From Opitutales bacterium (GTDB lineage: Bacteria > Verrucomicrobiota > Verrucomicrobiia > Opitutales > PNEW01), in contig CBDANS010000007.1 of assembly GCA_965197745.1 (NCBI GenBank), positions 1,472,001-1,536,000 of the forward strand: 64,000 nucleotides of DNA. The letters are read 5' to 3'. Below the pieces are notes generated by a model. It was not told the DNA's origin. It saw nothing but the letters and a program-made list of their open reading frames with translations, and ran no database searches. Position 1 is the stretch's first letter. The number at the start of each line of letters is the position of its first letter. Made by a program: the position numbers and the translations under genes. Shown piece by piece: positions 1-9,696 of this stretch.

Positions 1-106
1 CGGGCTTTGCCCTCGGTACGGATTGTATATTGAAGGGATTATGATGCGGTGTAGATGACGCATGTTGGAGGGCCACGCGTTGTCGTGGCCATGTAATACC
101 TTACAA

Positions 107-134
107 TGTCATTGCGAGGAGCGTAACGATGACA
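107..134. repeat. Collapsed TGTCATTGCG...ATGACA palindromic element
   Basis: tgtcattgcgaggagcgtaacgatgaca has the same ends as the longer copies at 25252, 27988, 48189 and 50968. Confidence 0.6.
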
Positions 135-188
135 AAGGGAGTCAATCGGCAGTTGAAAATTGTATCCATCATGACCTATTATAAAAAA

Positions 189-2987
189 ATGAATGTAATT
201 CGAATAACACTTGGCATTATAATAACGCTGTTCCTGATTGTCAGCCCACTATACTCAATGGGGAAAGCGAAAAAAGATGCCGAGGAAATGGAAGAGCAAG
301 AAGTTTGGGTGCAAAAGGGCTTTGAGGAGTTTTCTAAAGGACAATTCGACAATGCAGGGAGCAATCTCTATGTGAATGCCCACGGTGTCATTGAGATGAT
401 TAATAATCTCGATGTGAATAGTGACGGATACGTAGACCTGGTCCTTGCAAATGATCACGATAGGATTGAACGCGGTCCCACTTGGGCATATTCAACTGAT
501 CAAGGTCCAGGAGAGAACTGGAAACGTCATGAAATGTCCGCGGATAGCGGATGGATGAGCCGAGTTATCGACGTGGACGGAGATGGACATAACGACTTGG
601 TGACCGTGAACTCCCAGAACGGAGTCTCTTCGGAATTAGATTCGTATATTTATTGGGGAGGACCTGAGGGTCCTGAAGCGAGCAGAACCGACCTTCCGAC
701 GATTGGGGCATTTGATGTCACGCCACTTGATATAAACAGTGATGGAAAACTCGACTTACTCTTCCCCTCCGCCTGGATAGACGGTCACAATCCAGCAATA
801 CCACGATTAGTTCACGTCTACATTCAAGGAGAAAACCGCAAGTTTAAAGATGAAGGGGCGAGATATGGGATGATCGCAACGGGTGCCTTAGGCATCGCAA
901 CCGGGAATTTGAACAACGATGAATATGAGGATATTGTTCTGGCCAGTTACAGGGTAGGTCAAAGTGACTTAAATACGGAGTCCAAAATTTTCTGGGGAAC
1001 CGCGGATGGGGTAAATACCGAAGAGCCTTTCACTTTACCTACTTACGGAGCGCGGCAGGTTATACTGGCTGACCTTAACCAGGACGGGAGCAAAGACTTG
1101 ACCTTCTGTGGTAGTGCTCAAGTTCGCATCTATTGGAATGAAGGCGGTAAGATTGATCGTGAGAACCCCGTCATTATTGGAGCGAAAGGTCAATCTGGAG
1201 AATTTAGCAGCTCAGTTATTCGCGCTGAAATCGCGGATGTAGATACTGATGGTATCCCTGACCTGCTTATTGCCACTAGCGATGGGGTGCAGATCCGCTC
1301 GGGAGACAACGTGGAAGAAATGAAAACATTAATTGATGTAAAAAACTCTCGATGGGTAACGGCTGCTGATCTCGATGGAGATAGTTTACCGGAATTAATC
1401 ATCAGTAAGAACTTTGAAGAAAATGAATTCGATATTCAATCACCTATCTACTGGAATGGACCGGACGGGTATTCTGACGATAGGACGAGTTGGGTGCATA
1501 CGAAAGGAGTCGTGGGCAACACCGCTGGGGACCTGGATGGTGACGGGAAGCCGGAAGTGATCTTCAATAACGTCCTCGATGGGCATGTGCATAGTGTACC
1601 CTCTTATGTGTATCTGGGAAATGAAAATGCAGAATACAGTGAAGAGAATCGACTCGAATTTCAAACTGCACATAGTTCGATTGCTCTCGTTGCCGATTTG
1701 AATAGCGATGGTTATCCCGAAGTTATTTTTGCGATTTCCAAGGGATTTCGCATTTACAGCGGTGGAGCGAATGGCCCAATAATGAATGAATATATTGATT
1801 TAAATACCGACTTTGACTGTGGTGACCTGAAGGCGGTCGATTTTAATCGAGATGGTTATCTTGATATTCTTGCGGTTGCCGTCGGTGGCAGTCTTGGCGA
1901 GAAGGACCCGGATAGTACTTCTGCTATATTTTATGGAGGCTCCAGCGGATTTACACCTGATAGAAGCGATTCTGATTCATTATACAATAGAGGTGATAAG
2001 TGTGCCGTGGGAGATGTTAATAACGACGGCTATATTGATATCCTATTTCATGATAAGCGAAACTTCATACGCATCTATCTCGGTAACGCTGACGGTTTTT
2101 CTCCGGACCGGAAATGGGAAGTGCCCTGTCATGGTCTGGAAGATTCAGCAGGTGTAAATGTTGCGGATATCAACAGTGACGGGTGGCTGGATATCATTGT
2201 CGGCATCCTCGGCTCCCGCAGACGTCATAAGGACACATTGCGAATTCATTTTGGAAGTCCTGAAGGTTATCAGGAAGATAACATTCAGGAATTGATGTCT
2301 GGATACAGCTCAGTATTTACAGGTATCGCAGATTACAATAATGACGGAAATCTCGATATCCTGGTAACCGCCTATGCTGACCCAATATCGAGAACACCCC
2401 CGGTACAATTGTTTTATGGGGATGGTAATCAGATTGATTTTGATCATCCGGTCAATCTTCCCGGCTATGCCGCTGGTGCGGTGACCCAAGCTGATTTAAA
2501 TAGCGACGGCTGGATAGATATCGCCCTCGCCTGTCATCGCAACGATATTGGACACCAGGTTGATTCATTGATTTACTGGAATAGTCCCAATGGATTTGAC
2601 AAGAATATAGTATCCCGTTTCCCCGGGCTCGGCCCCCACGGGATGACAAGCTATGATCGGGGAAACGCTTTCACCCGGAAGCCCGAAGAGAATTATACTT
2701 CCCCACCCTTCGAGCTGGGGAATCAAATAGCGCGCCGACTCCATTGGGATAGTGAAGAGACGGATCTTCTGAAAATAAAATTCCAGCTCCGATGGAGCGA
2801 ATCGGAAACAGGTCTTGAAGACGCAGCCTGGACAGGTCCGGAAGGGGAATCTTCATATTATGAATCCTCCGGTGAAACGATTGAGGGAATACCTGATGAT
2901 TCCCAGTGGTTACAATACAAAGCAACCCTCATTTCACCTTATGGGTGTGGCTCCCCTAAACTTAAAGAAATCAGGATCGACCTCTAA
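189..2987 (+). CDS. Secreted FG-GAP/VCBS-repeat (beta-propeller) protein
   Basis: Many DxNxDGxxD(L/I) repeats (DVNSDGYVDL, DVDGDGHNDL, DINSDGKLDL, DLNQDGSKDL, DLDGDGKPEV). A hydrophobic N-terminus follows ATG189; the ORF-track start at 129 lies inside a palindromic repeat. Confidence 0.88.
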   Translation: MNVIRITLGIIITLFLIVSPLYSMGKAKKDAEEMEEQEVWVQKGFEEFSKGQFDNAGSNLYVNAHGVIEMINNLDVNSDGYVDLVLANDHDRIERGPTWAYSTDQGPGENWKRHEMSADSGWMSRVIDVDGDGHNDLVTVNSQNGVSSELDSYIYWGGPEGPEASRTDLPTIGAFDVTPLDINSDGKLDLLFPSAWIDGHNPAIPRLVHVYIQGENRKFKDEGARYGMIATGALGIATGNLNNDEYEDIVLASYRVGQSDLNTESKIFWGTADGVNTEEPFTLPTYGARQVILADLNQDGSKDLTFCGSAQVRIYWNEGGKIDRENPVIIGAKGQSGEFSSSVIRAEIADVDTDGIPDLLIATSDGVQIRSGDNVEEMKTLIDVKNSRWVTAADLDGDSLPELIISKNFEENEFDIQSPIYWNGPDGYSDDRTSWVHTKGVVGNTAGDLDGDGKPEVIFNNVLDGHVHSVPSYVYLGNENAEYSEENRLEFQTAHSSIALVADLNSDGYPEVIFAISKGFRIYSGGANGPIMNEYIDLNTDFDCGDLKAVDFNRDGYLDILAVAVGGSLGEKDPDSTSAIFYGGSSGFTPDRSDSDSLYNRGDKCAVGDVNNDGYIDILFHDKRNFIRIYLGNADGFSPDRKWEVPCHGLEDSAGVNVADINSDGWLDIIVGILGSRRRHKDTLRIHFGSPEGYQEDNIQELMSGYSSVFTGIADYNNDGNLDILVTAYADPISRTPPVQLFYGDGNQIDFDHPVNLPGYAAGAVTQADLNSDGWIDIALACHRNDIGHQVDSLIYWNSPNGFDKNIVSRFPGLGPHGMTSYDRGNAFTRKPEENYTSPPFELGNQIARRLHWDSEETDLLKIKFQLRWSESETGLEDAAWTGPEGESSYYESSGETIEGIPDDSQWLQYKATLISPYGCGSPKLKEIRIDL

Positions 2988-2990
2988 TGA

Positions 2991-3305
2991 ATACGGCTGA
3001 CTGTAGGCGATATCGACGCTGATGGTGATGCAGTACCGCACCTTTTATTTGGATCGGAATCGTTCACCGTACCGGCGAACAATACCGGGTTGCGGATTAC
3101 GGGGGGAGACTTGGTGCAGACAAACGGAACTTCGATCGTAGTTGCGGAGAGTGGATCGACAACGCCCGGATTTGAGATATTGACGACACAGAACAATTTC
3201 AAATCCGACAACACTCCCCAGCCCACGCGGAGCATTGATGCAACGTTCGCCAATGAAGATGGTGATGAAATAATCGTCGACACTGAAGAGCTGACGATCG
3301 AGTAA
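2991..3305 (+). pseudogene. Orphan 3' remnant of the Ig-domain surface protein family (remnant A)
   Basis: Reads IRLTVGDIDADGDAVPHLLFG...RITGGDLVQTNG...QNNFKSDNTPQPT...EELTIE*, the last ~105 aa of the paralogs. The 3' flank TAAtccttcaaggggtatt matches copy 1. Confidence 0.9.
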
Positions 3306-3409
3306 TCCTTCAAGGGGTATTACATTAGCATACCTCACCCAAACAAAACGCCCTCACGACTCTACATCGCTCGAGAATACTACTCTATGTTTGTGTTACT
3401 ATCGAATCC

Positions 3410-3495
3410 CCTCGGGTAAAAAACCCCTCCGCCGCATGTGGTTTTATGAATTGTGAAAATTGCAAGAGGCGTTGCTTCGTGACCCCCGCCCCCCG
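3410..3495 (-). repeat. G-rich motif family (GGGGGCGGGGG...ATGCGGCGGAGG), divergent copy
   Basis: The reverse complement ggggggcgggggtc...catgcggcggaggggttttttacccgagggg resembles the copies at 16692, 19247 and 41418. Confidence 0.55.
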
Positions 3496-3680
3496 TCTTA
3501 TTCATTGCAATAGTTTTTGGATTTTTGACGGTTTAAGAGTAGGGTAACTATAAAATGGATGCTTAGAGGAACATGATCAAAGCACCTAAAATAAGGTTTC
3601 AGGAAACTAAATGTGCACCAAAAACGCACCAGACAAAATAATTAAATTAATTTATAATTCCCTAAGTCTTTGCTTATCAA

Positions 3681-3727
3681 TGGTTGGCCCTGCTGGATTC
3701 GAACCAGCGACCAAGGGATTATGAGTC
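3681..3727 (-). mobile_element. 3' half of a CAT-anticodon tRNA (Ile2/Met type), att-site-like remnant
   Basis: The minus strand reads GACTCATAATCCCTTGGTCGCTGGTTCGAATCCAGCAGGGCCAACCA (anticodon loop, T arm, CCA). The 5' half is absent. GCACCA direct repeats lie nearby at 3615 and 3626. Confidence 0.8.
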
Positions 3728-4209
3728 TCAGCGAGTGATGAGAGTGTTTTTAGGTGTATCGGTGGATTTTTTGAATGGTCTGGTCGCAATAACGCGATTG
3801 CTATTCAGATCTTAAGTTAAAATTTATATCCCAAGCCAAGAATGACTCGCTGTTGCGTTTTATCCACACCGATCGGTAAATTGTTATCAAAATCAATTTT
3901 ATATCTTAGATTGGTAATTAAGCGATTGGATATCTGGGTTTCTAGCCTGGTTAAAAACTTAATGGTCAATGAATCGGTATCCTTAGGATTAATAGAAATA
4001 TCTGACTCCTGATATAAGGTTAATTGTTCGCTGATTGTGTAACGGATACACTGAAAAATATGACCAAGTAATTCCCAATCCTCTGTGATTGTCGGTATAT
4101 TCTGGAATCGGCCACCAAGGCCGGGGGTGGCTTCGACTGGGTGTTGTGGAGGAATAGGAAGGTCGCCGACGTCCGAAGGGCTTCGTTGCGAATCAAAACC
4201 CGATCAGCT

Positions 4210-4325
4210 TCCGAGCCAGCCGCGGGTGTCGAAGATGTATTTTTGCTCGTGGGTCAGTTCGACTGCGGGTAATCAATCCGCGTTGGTGAGTTCGGACGTT
4301 TTGGATTCATCGATTGTGGGATGGT
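4210..4325 (-). pseudogene. Probable N-terminal remnant of a PhyH-like dioxygenase
   Basis: Reads ...SELTNAD*LPAVELTHEQKYIFDTRGWL, resembling PhyH N-termini (compare MLTPEQIAHFETFGFL at 25063). It has an internal stop and is truncated. Confidence 0.4.
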
Positions 4326-4342
4326 CTGATGGTCAGCGATGA

Positions 4343-6913
4343 TTAATGTTCGTGTGAATGCCCGTGATCGTGCAGAGGCGTATGTTCGTGGAAGACGCCG
4401 TGCTTGTGCATGCGCTGGTGCAGGCGGTTGTGGGCAGATTCCAGGGTGGCCCGTAATTGCTTGTAGCGCAGAGCTTCGGGCCGGGGGGCCAGGGTGTCGA
4501 CGTAGGCGATGGCGCCTTCGATCTGTTCCAGCACGGTCATGGCGTCTTGTTTGGAGAACAGCGGTTTATCTTCGACGACGACCTGGACGGCGCTGGTGTG
4601 GGCGGCGATTTCGCCGTGCTCGCCCTTATACGAGCCGCGCACGCGCAGGGCCACCCAGGTGGACGAATCGATCTTGACCTGAGCGCTGCCTTCGGCTTCC
4701 AGCGCCTTGTCAAAATTGGTCTGCTCGACGGCCAAGCCGCCGACGATGATTTCCACCTGGTCGATAGGTAGGCCGACCGATTCGACCTTCCAAGATACGG
4801 CGACGTGGCCGCCGGATCCGGGCAGGTCGATACGGCTGCCCGGCGCTTGACCTTCCACTTCAATAGATGCCAGCGGGCCGACGGTGACAAAGGTGTTGCC
4901 GGCTTTCACCGCGTCCATCCAGTTGTCGTAAGTGAGCTCGTGGCCGTTGAGGTTGGCGTAGGTGCGTACGCCGCCCAATTGAGAGCCCGCCGCCATTTTA
5001 TCGGAACCGCCGCAGACCGGCACGTGGTAGCCCAGGTTCAGATAGCGGTACCAGTCGGCCAGGCCGTAGGGGTTGAGCTGGCCGTAGAGCGGGTTGAAGG
5101 TCATCATTTCGACGGCGTGGACCAGACCCAGGACGATATCAGCGGCGCGTTCGCACTGGGGGTTGGGGGCGTGTGGCATGACCACCAGGCCGTTCTGCCT
5201 GATGCACTGTTCGGCCCATTCGGCCATGGTCAGTTCCTGCGGGTCGCCTACGGCCGATTCGGAGGGGCCGCCGGTGCACAACGGGTGGATCATGGCGCCG
5301 GAATAGCCCAGTAGGGAAATGTGGCCCAGCGTCTGCATGCGATTTTCCGAGCCGACGCGCACCAGGAATTCGCCGTTGCCGCCCAGTTCTTTGGCGCCGA
5401 TGGTGGTCTGGCCGTCAAAGTCGGACACGTTGCTGAACATTTCGCCCCACTGGCTAGCCAGCAGGTTGACTACATTGATGCCTTCGCCCTCGCCTTCCAG
5501 GCGGGCGGTGGTCGGCGACAAAAAGTGGACGTGGGTGTCGGCGGTGACCCAGCCCAAGCTGCGCCAGTCCAGCACATGTTCCAGTTCAAAGGTGAGTTCG
5601 TCGGTGTCGGGGGTGACGGTGAAGCTGCTGCGGGTGGGCTGGATCTCGTAGCCGCGGCTGATATGGATAAAGACTTCGCCCAGCGGCAGGTCGGCGACGC
5701 ATTCGCCAGGGACGTAGCAGTACTGGTTATGGCCGGCGATAAACTCGCCGTAGTTATCTTCAAACCAGTTGGCGTTGACCTTGCGGTGGTAGCCCTTGGG
5801 CGGCAGGTATTCGCCGCTCTGACCGTGCAGGTGGAGGCGTGCGGCAACGGGTTGGCCGCTGGCCTTGTCGACGATTTTCAGGGTGACCGGGCGGTGCGCC
5901 GGAGCCACCTCCATGGCGCCGTTAGAACCGGGTAGATCGTAGACCTGGTAGTCGCCGTCGCCGTCGCCGGTGGCGATATAGAGTTTGGCCTTGGGGTGGG
6001 CCGAGTATTCGATGACCACTTCGCGCTCCAGGCGGGTGGGCTGCACGTCGGCGGCGTTGCTTGCCCACGCTTGGGGGTCGTAGTCGAGGACAGCGCGAGA
6101 GGAGATGACGGTGCCTAGGTCGATATCGATGTCGATGTCGTCGAGTTCGTAAATGCCATTTAGCTCCACCCCTTCGGGCAGGGTCAGGCGCATCTTGCGG
6201 CGCACGCCGGGGCGTAAGGGGTGTTCATCTAGCTGGGTCAGGGTGACGGCGTAGATCAGGGCGCGCTCGGTTTGCGGCGTGCAGGTGATTTGGGCAATGG
6301 GTTGGTCTGGGTGCGGGTTAGGCAGGGCGTAGATCCACAGTTTTTCGCCCATGCTGTCGCGCGGCGAGCCGTGGCGGGTTTCGCCGCTGCCGTAATCATG
6401 GCCAATGTTGCCCAACCTATTGTCTTCGGTGTTGGTCAGGAAAACCACCGGCTTCATGGCGGGCAAGGCGGCAAAGGCGCTGGCGCCCCAGCCGATGTGG
6501 CTTTGCTGTATGGTAAAGCGGCGCAGCACCGGCACGCTGAAGGTTTCGCCGTTTTGGTAGTGGAGGGCGTAGTCGGCCACGTGGTCACCCAACTGGTTGC
6601 CGTCCTGGGCGCCTTCAGCAAAGCCTTCCTGGTACTTGGTAGGACGGTCCTCTACCCGGTGCAGGAAGAGGATGTAGCTGGCCTGGGCGCTGCCCGCGTC
6701 CAAGGTGACCGGATCTTTATCAAGCAGCACAACGTTGTCCGCGCCTTGCTGGCCTAAAATGAAAGGGATGCCGAGGAAGTCCTGGGCGCCGAAGGCCTTG
6801 CCGGTATCCTTAAGGGGTGTCAGTGTCAGGCTGCCGTCGAGTTGGTCGCGGTCGGTGTTGAAAGCCGCGTCGAGCACTAGGGGGGCGAAGAGATCGGATG
6901 GGGGGATTTTCAT
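4343..6913 (-). CDS. CehA/McbA-family (PHP-like) metallohydrolase
   Basis: 856 aa with WVTADTHVH, GSENR, GHISLLG, PHAP, WYRYLNLG..GGSD and GNTFVTVGP motifs and a His-rich C-terminus. The DNA is visibly much more GC-rich than its flanks. Confidence 0.8.
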   Translation of the reverse strand: MKIPPSDLFAPLVLDAAFNTDRDQLDGSLTLTPLKDTGKAFGAQDFLGIPFILGQQGADNVVLLDKDPVTLDAGSAQASYILFLHRVEDRPTKYQEGFAEGAQDGNQLGDHVADYALHYQNGETFSVPVLRRFTIQQSHIGWGASAFAALPAMKPVVFLTNTEDNRLGNIGHDYGSGETRHGSPRDSMGEKLWIYALPNPHPDQPIAQITCTPQTERALIYAVTLTQLDEHPLRPGVRRKMRLTLPEGVELNGIYELDDIDIDIDLGTVISSRAVLDYDPQAWASNAADVQPTRLEREVVIEYSAHPKAKLYIATGDGDGDYQVYDLPGSNGAMEVAPAHRPVTLKIVDKASGQPVAARLHLHGQSGEYLPPKGYHRKVNANWFEDNYGEFIAGHNQYCYVPGECVADLPLGEVFIHISRGYEIQPTRSSFTVTPDTDELTFELEHVLDWRSLGWVTADTHVHFLSPTTARLEGEGEGINVVNLLASQWGEMFSNVSDFDGQTTIGAKELGGNGEFLVRVGSENRMQTLGHISLLGYSGAMIHPLCTGGPSESAVGDPQELTMAEWAEQCIRQNGLVVMPHAPNPQCERAADIVLGLVHAVEMMTFNPLYGQLNPYGLADWYRYLNLGYHVPVCGGSDKMAAGSQLGGVRTYANLNGHELTYDNWMDAVKAGNTFVTVGPLASIEVEGQAPGSRIDLPGSGGHVAVSWKVESVGLPIDQVEIIVGGLAVEQTNFDKALEAEGSAQVKIDSSTWVALRVRGSYKGEHGEIAAHTSAVQVVVEDKPLFSKQDAMTVLEQIEGAIAYVDTLAPRPEALRYKQLRATLESAHNRLHQRMHKHGVFHEHTPLHDHGHSHEH

Positions 6914-7061
6914 GGTAGCACCTCAATGGTATGGGCGTTGTATTGGGCCGCGGCAAGAAGCGGGCCTGGTCTGGAGCGGTTGGAGCGGTTGGGCAAGAAG
7001 CTAAGTTAGCAAATGGAGTCTAGCCGGGGCAAATCTAATTTTGCGTGGGAAAATATCCAGA

Positions 7062-7088
7062 TGGGGTGGCTCACCGGATTTGAACCCG
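7062..7088 (-). mobile_element. Degenerate tRNA-His 3' end, att-like remnant
   Basis: The minus strand reads GGGTTCAAATCCGGTGAGCCACCCCA; 23 of 25 nt match the copy at 47817. Confidence 0.65.
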
Positions 7089-7752
7089 TTTCTTATCGAC
7101 ACGGCAAGCTTAATCCACTTGGACATATACTAGGCAACCCGCTCTTTTCAAAGTAATTAAGCACGCAATCACCCATTTGATTCATTTATACTATAAGGCA
7201 ACAAAGTGCCCTGAAATGGCGAATTGAGGAACGAAAATTGATACTTTGGTGGTACTTGGCTTAAAGGGGGAGGGGATCACTCACGTTCGTCAGCGCTCAA
7301 AGATTAATTTATTTACCTCCCCAATATAATTTTTGCAAAAAAGCCTTTTTGGAAAATAATTTAAGCGGAACGACTATCACCATAACCGATAGAGAAAAAT
7401 TAAAAGTTTATGAAAAAAATGCACTGTTTTTTATACTCATAAAAAAGCTGGGGTCTTGCGGCGCGACAAAAAATAATTTGGAGAAGTAAGGGGAGCAATC
7501 GAAAGCCGATTAAGCGTGATTTAAGGACCGTTAAACTAGGTTTCATGATAATTGCATAACTGTATAGCCAAAGCGGATCAACACGATTAAGGGTATGTAA
7601 AACGGGTTTAAAGGTTGTTGGTAATGTTAGGTAAAGTTAGGTAAAGCGGAGATATTTATCTGGACATCCTCAACTAATTTAAAGCTTATAAAAATGAGCT
7701 CGAAAGAAAAAATAAATTACCATGAAGAGATGTTTTAAAGAAAGGATAAGTC

Positions 7753-8172
7753 ATGATAGGAACAAAAACCCCCGACTATAGCCCAGAACAAATCCACGAT
7801 CAGTTAAATGTAATCAGCACGCTTGATAATGATGATTTACGCCGAGTACTGTCTGAACCAATTTCCTAATTACCTTATGAAATAGCAAATAAGGTTATAG
7901 AGAAAGTGATTTTTATTGCACCTGAACCTGGACAGAAAGGCGGTTTTATTTCTCCGGAAATAGTAAAAGAATTTATTCAGGGTAGAGCAATAATACATTT
8001 TCTGGAGAGTATATATGACTGGAGTAAAGATGAACAAATGAAAGTAATTTTGCATGAAATAGCCCATTTCCACTTAAATCATAAAGACGGACTTACCCAT
8101 GAAAAATCAATTGAAGAATTCCATCGCCAAGAAAAAGAGGCCTGGGAGCAAGTTGATAAGTGGCGTTCGTAA
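7753..8172 (+). pseudogene. HExxH zinc metallopeptidase (ImmA/IrrE-like), interrupted
   Basis: AAGGA RBS, then ATG7753 in frame with ORF 7906-8172, with an in-frame TAA at 7867-7869. Motif VILHEIAHFHLNH...QEKEAW. Confidence 0.55.
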
Positions 8173-8338
8173 TTTTATATTTGAACCGGATCCAATTTCC
8201 ATTCTCATCGTCATTCGGTGACCTTAAAATCCCACACGCTCTGCCTTTATGTTTGGGGCAAGCTATCTATAGTTTAGTATTCTCGAGTGATGAGAGCGTT
8301 TTGATGGGCTGGGATATACTTAGATATCCCATGAAGGA

Positions 8339-8653
8339 TTACTCTATCGTCATCTCTTCCACAGTGACTGTGATATCATTTCTGTCCTCGTTGCTGAAGG
8401 TGACGACAATGCTCTGGGTCGGCTGAGGGGTATTGTCGGATTTAAAATTGTTCTGCGAAATCAATGTATCAAATCCACGTGTAGTCGTTCCACTTTCAGC
8501 TACCACAATCGAGGCACCGTTTGTCTGCGCAATGTCGCCTCCGGTAATCCGCAACCCGGTATTGTTCGCCGGTACGGTGAACGATCCTGATCCAAATAAA
8601 AGGTGCGGTACTGCATCACCATCAGCGTCGATATCGCCTACAGTCAGCCGTAT
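8339..8653 (-). pseudogene. Orphan 3' remnant of the Ig-domain surface protein family (remnant B)
   Basis: IRLTVGDIDADGDAVPHLLFG...RITGGDIAQTNGASIVVAESG...QNNFKSDNTPQPTQ...EEMTIE*; an inverted counterpart of 2991-3305. Confidence 0.9.
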
Positions 8654-8656
8654 TCA

Positions 8657-8974
8657 TTAGAGGTCGATCCTGATTTCTTTAAGTTTAGGGGAGCCACACC
8701 CATAAGTTGAAATGAGCGTTGCTTTATATTGTAACCACTGGGCATCTGTCGGAATTCCTTCAATTGTTTCACCGGAAGTTTCATAAAATGACGCCTCCCC
8801 ATCCGGGCCCATCCAGGCTGCGTCTTCAAGACCTGTTTCCGATTCGCTCCATCGGAGCTGGAATTTTATTTTCAGAAGATCCGTCTCTTCACTATCCCAA
8901 TAGAGACGGCGCGCTATTTGATTACCCAGCTCGAAGGGTGGGGAAGTATAATTCTCTTCGGGCTCCCGGGTGAA
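8657..8974 (-). pseudogene. 3' fragment of a second FG-GAP protein paralog
   Basis: FTREPEENYTSPPFELGNQIARRL...KLKEIRIDL* is nearly identical to the last ~105 aa of 189-2987. Confidence 0.9.
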
Positions 8975-9360
8975 TACTGATAATTGCGTTAGCCTGATCA
9001 TGAGGCCCACTCAAAAAAGATTTTACTTCAAGTTCACCTAAATCATTCGCAAGCTTTTCCGTAATCGGCTCAATTTCATTTAAAAATTCCTGCGCTTCTT
9101 CATCTGATGCTTCCGCTAAGAGTTCCTCCAACTTTTTACGGAATTCGATAATAGGATTAATAACTTGCTTTAGCTGACTTACCTGAGATGCTTTCTTTTG
9201 AGCATTCTCGTGATCGTCCCAAAAAGCGGGTTGCCCCATCTCATTTTCGATCTTCGCTATTTCACCAAGTTTACATTCGGCGTCAAAGATACCTCCATAG
9301 GTATCCCGCCCGTCTATTTATTTCATCAATTTTAGAACGTATCTCGGTATCCAGTATCAT
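8961..9360 (-). pseudogene. prfB: Peptide chain release factor 2, 5' fragment with programmed +1 frameshift
   Basis: MILDTEIRSKIDEINRRAGYLWRYL, then GGAGG-TAT-CTT-TGA-C (9282-9296), then in the +1 frame DAECK...MGQPAFWDD...FLSGPHDQANAIISIHPGA. It breaks off where GGTE should follow. Confidence 0.9.
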
Positions 9361-9464
9361 TTTAGATAAATTATGAGTATTTATAGAATGAATGTAATAA
9401 GCGCTTTTTCAAGTTTTATAATTGCTAGCACTATTCAATTGAGCGCGGAACTACAACAGCCATT

Positions 9465-9570
9465 TAATCATCGTCTACGTCTGCGTCGTCGTCTTTCTCT
9501 AAAATATTAATAAGATATTTACTAAGTATAAAAATGAAGAAGACTACGACGCAGACGTAGACGATGATTA
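9465..9570. repeat. 31-bp inverted repeat built from CGTCT/CGTC units
   Basis: Arms 9465-9495 and 9540-9570 are complementary with one mismatch. A related element lies at 60503-60666. Confidence 0.8.
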
Positions 9571-9696
9571 TCGTGAATTACCCTTAAATAAGATCTGACT
9601 ATTCAACCGCATTTAATTCCGACCGACCATTGAGGGTAAATTTTTTCGGCGCCTTTTCACCACTCAAAATGAGACTGGACCCTAGCCAAGAGATTA

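Noticed and set aside
4339..7004. Many overlapping ORFs over the hydrolase gene
   Set aside because: These are expected stop-poor alternative frames of GC-rich DNA and show no recognisable motifs.
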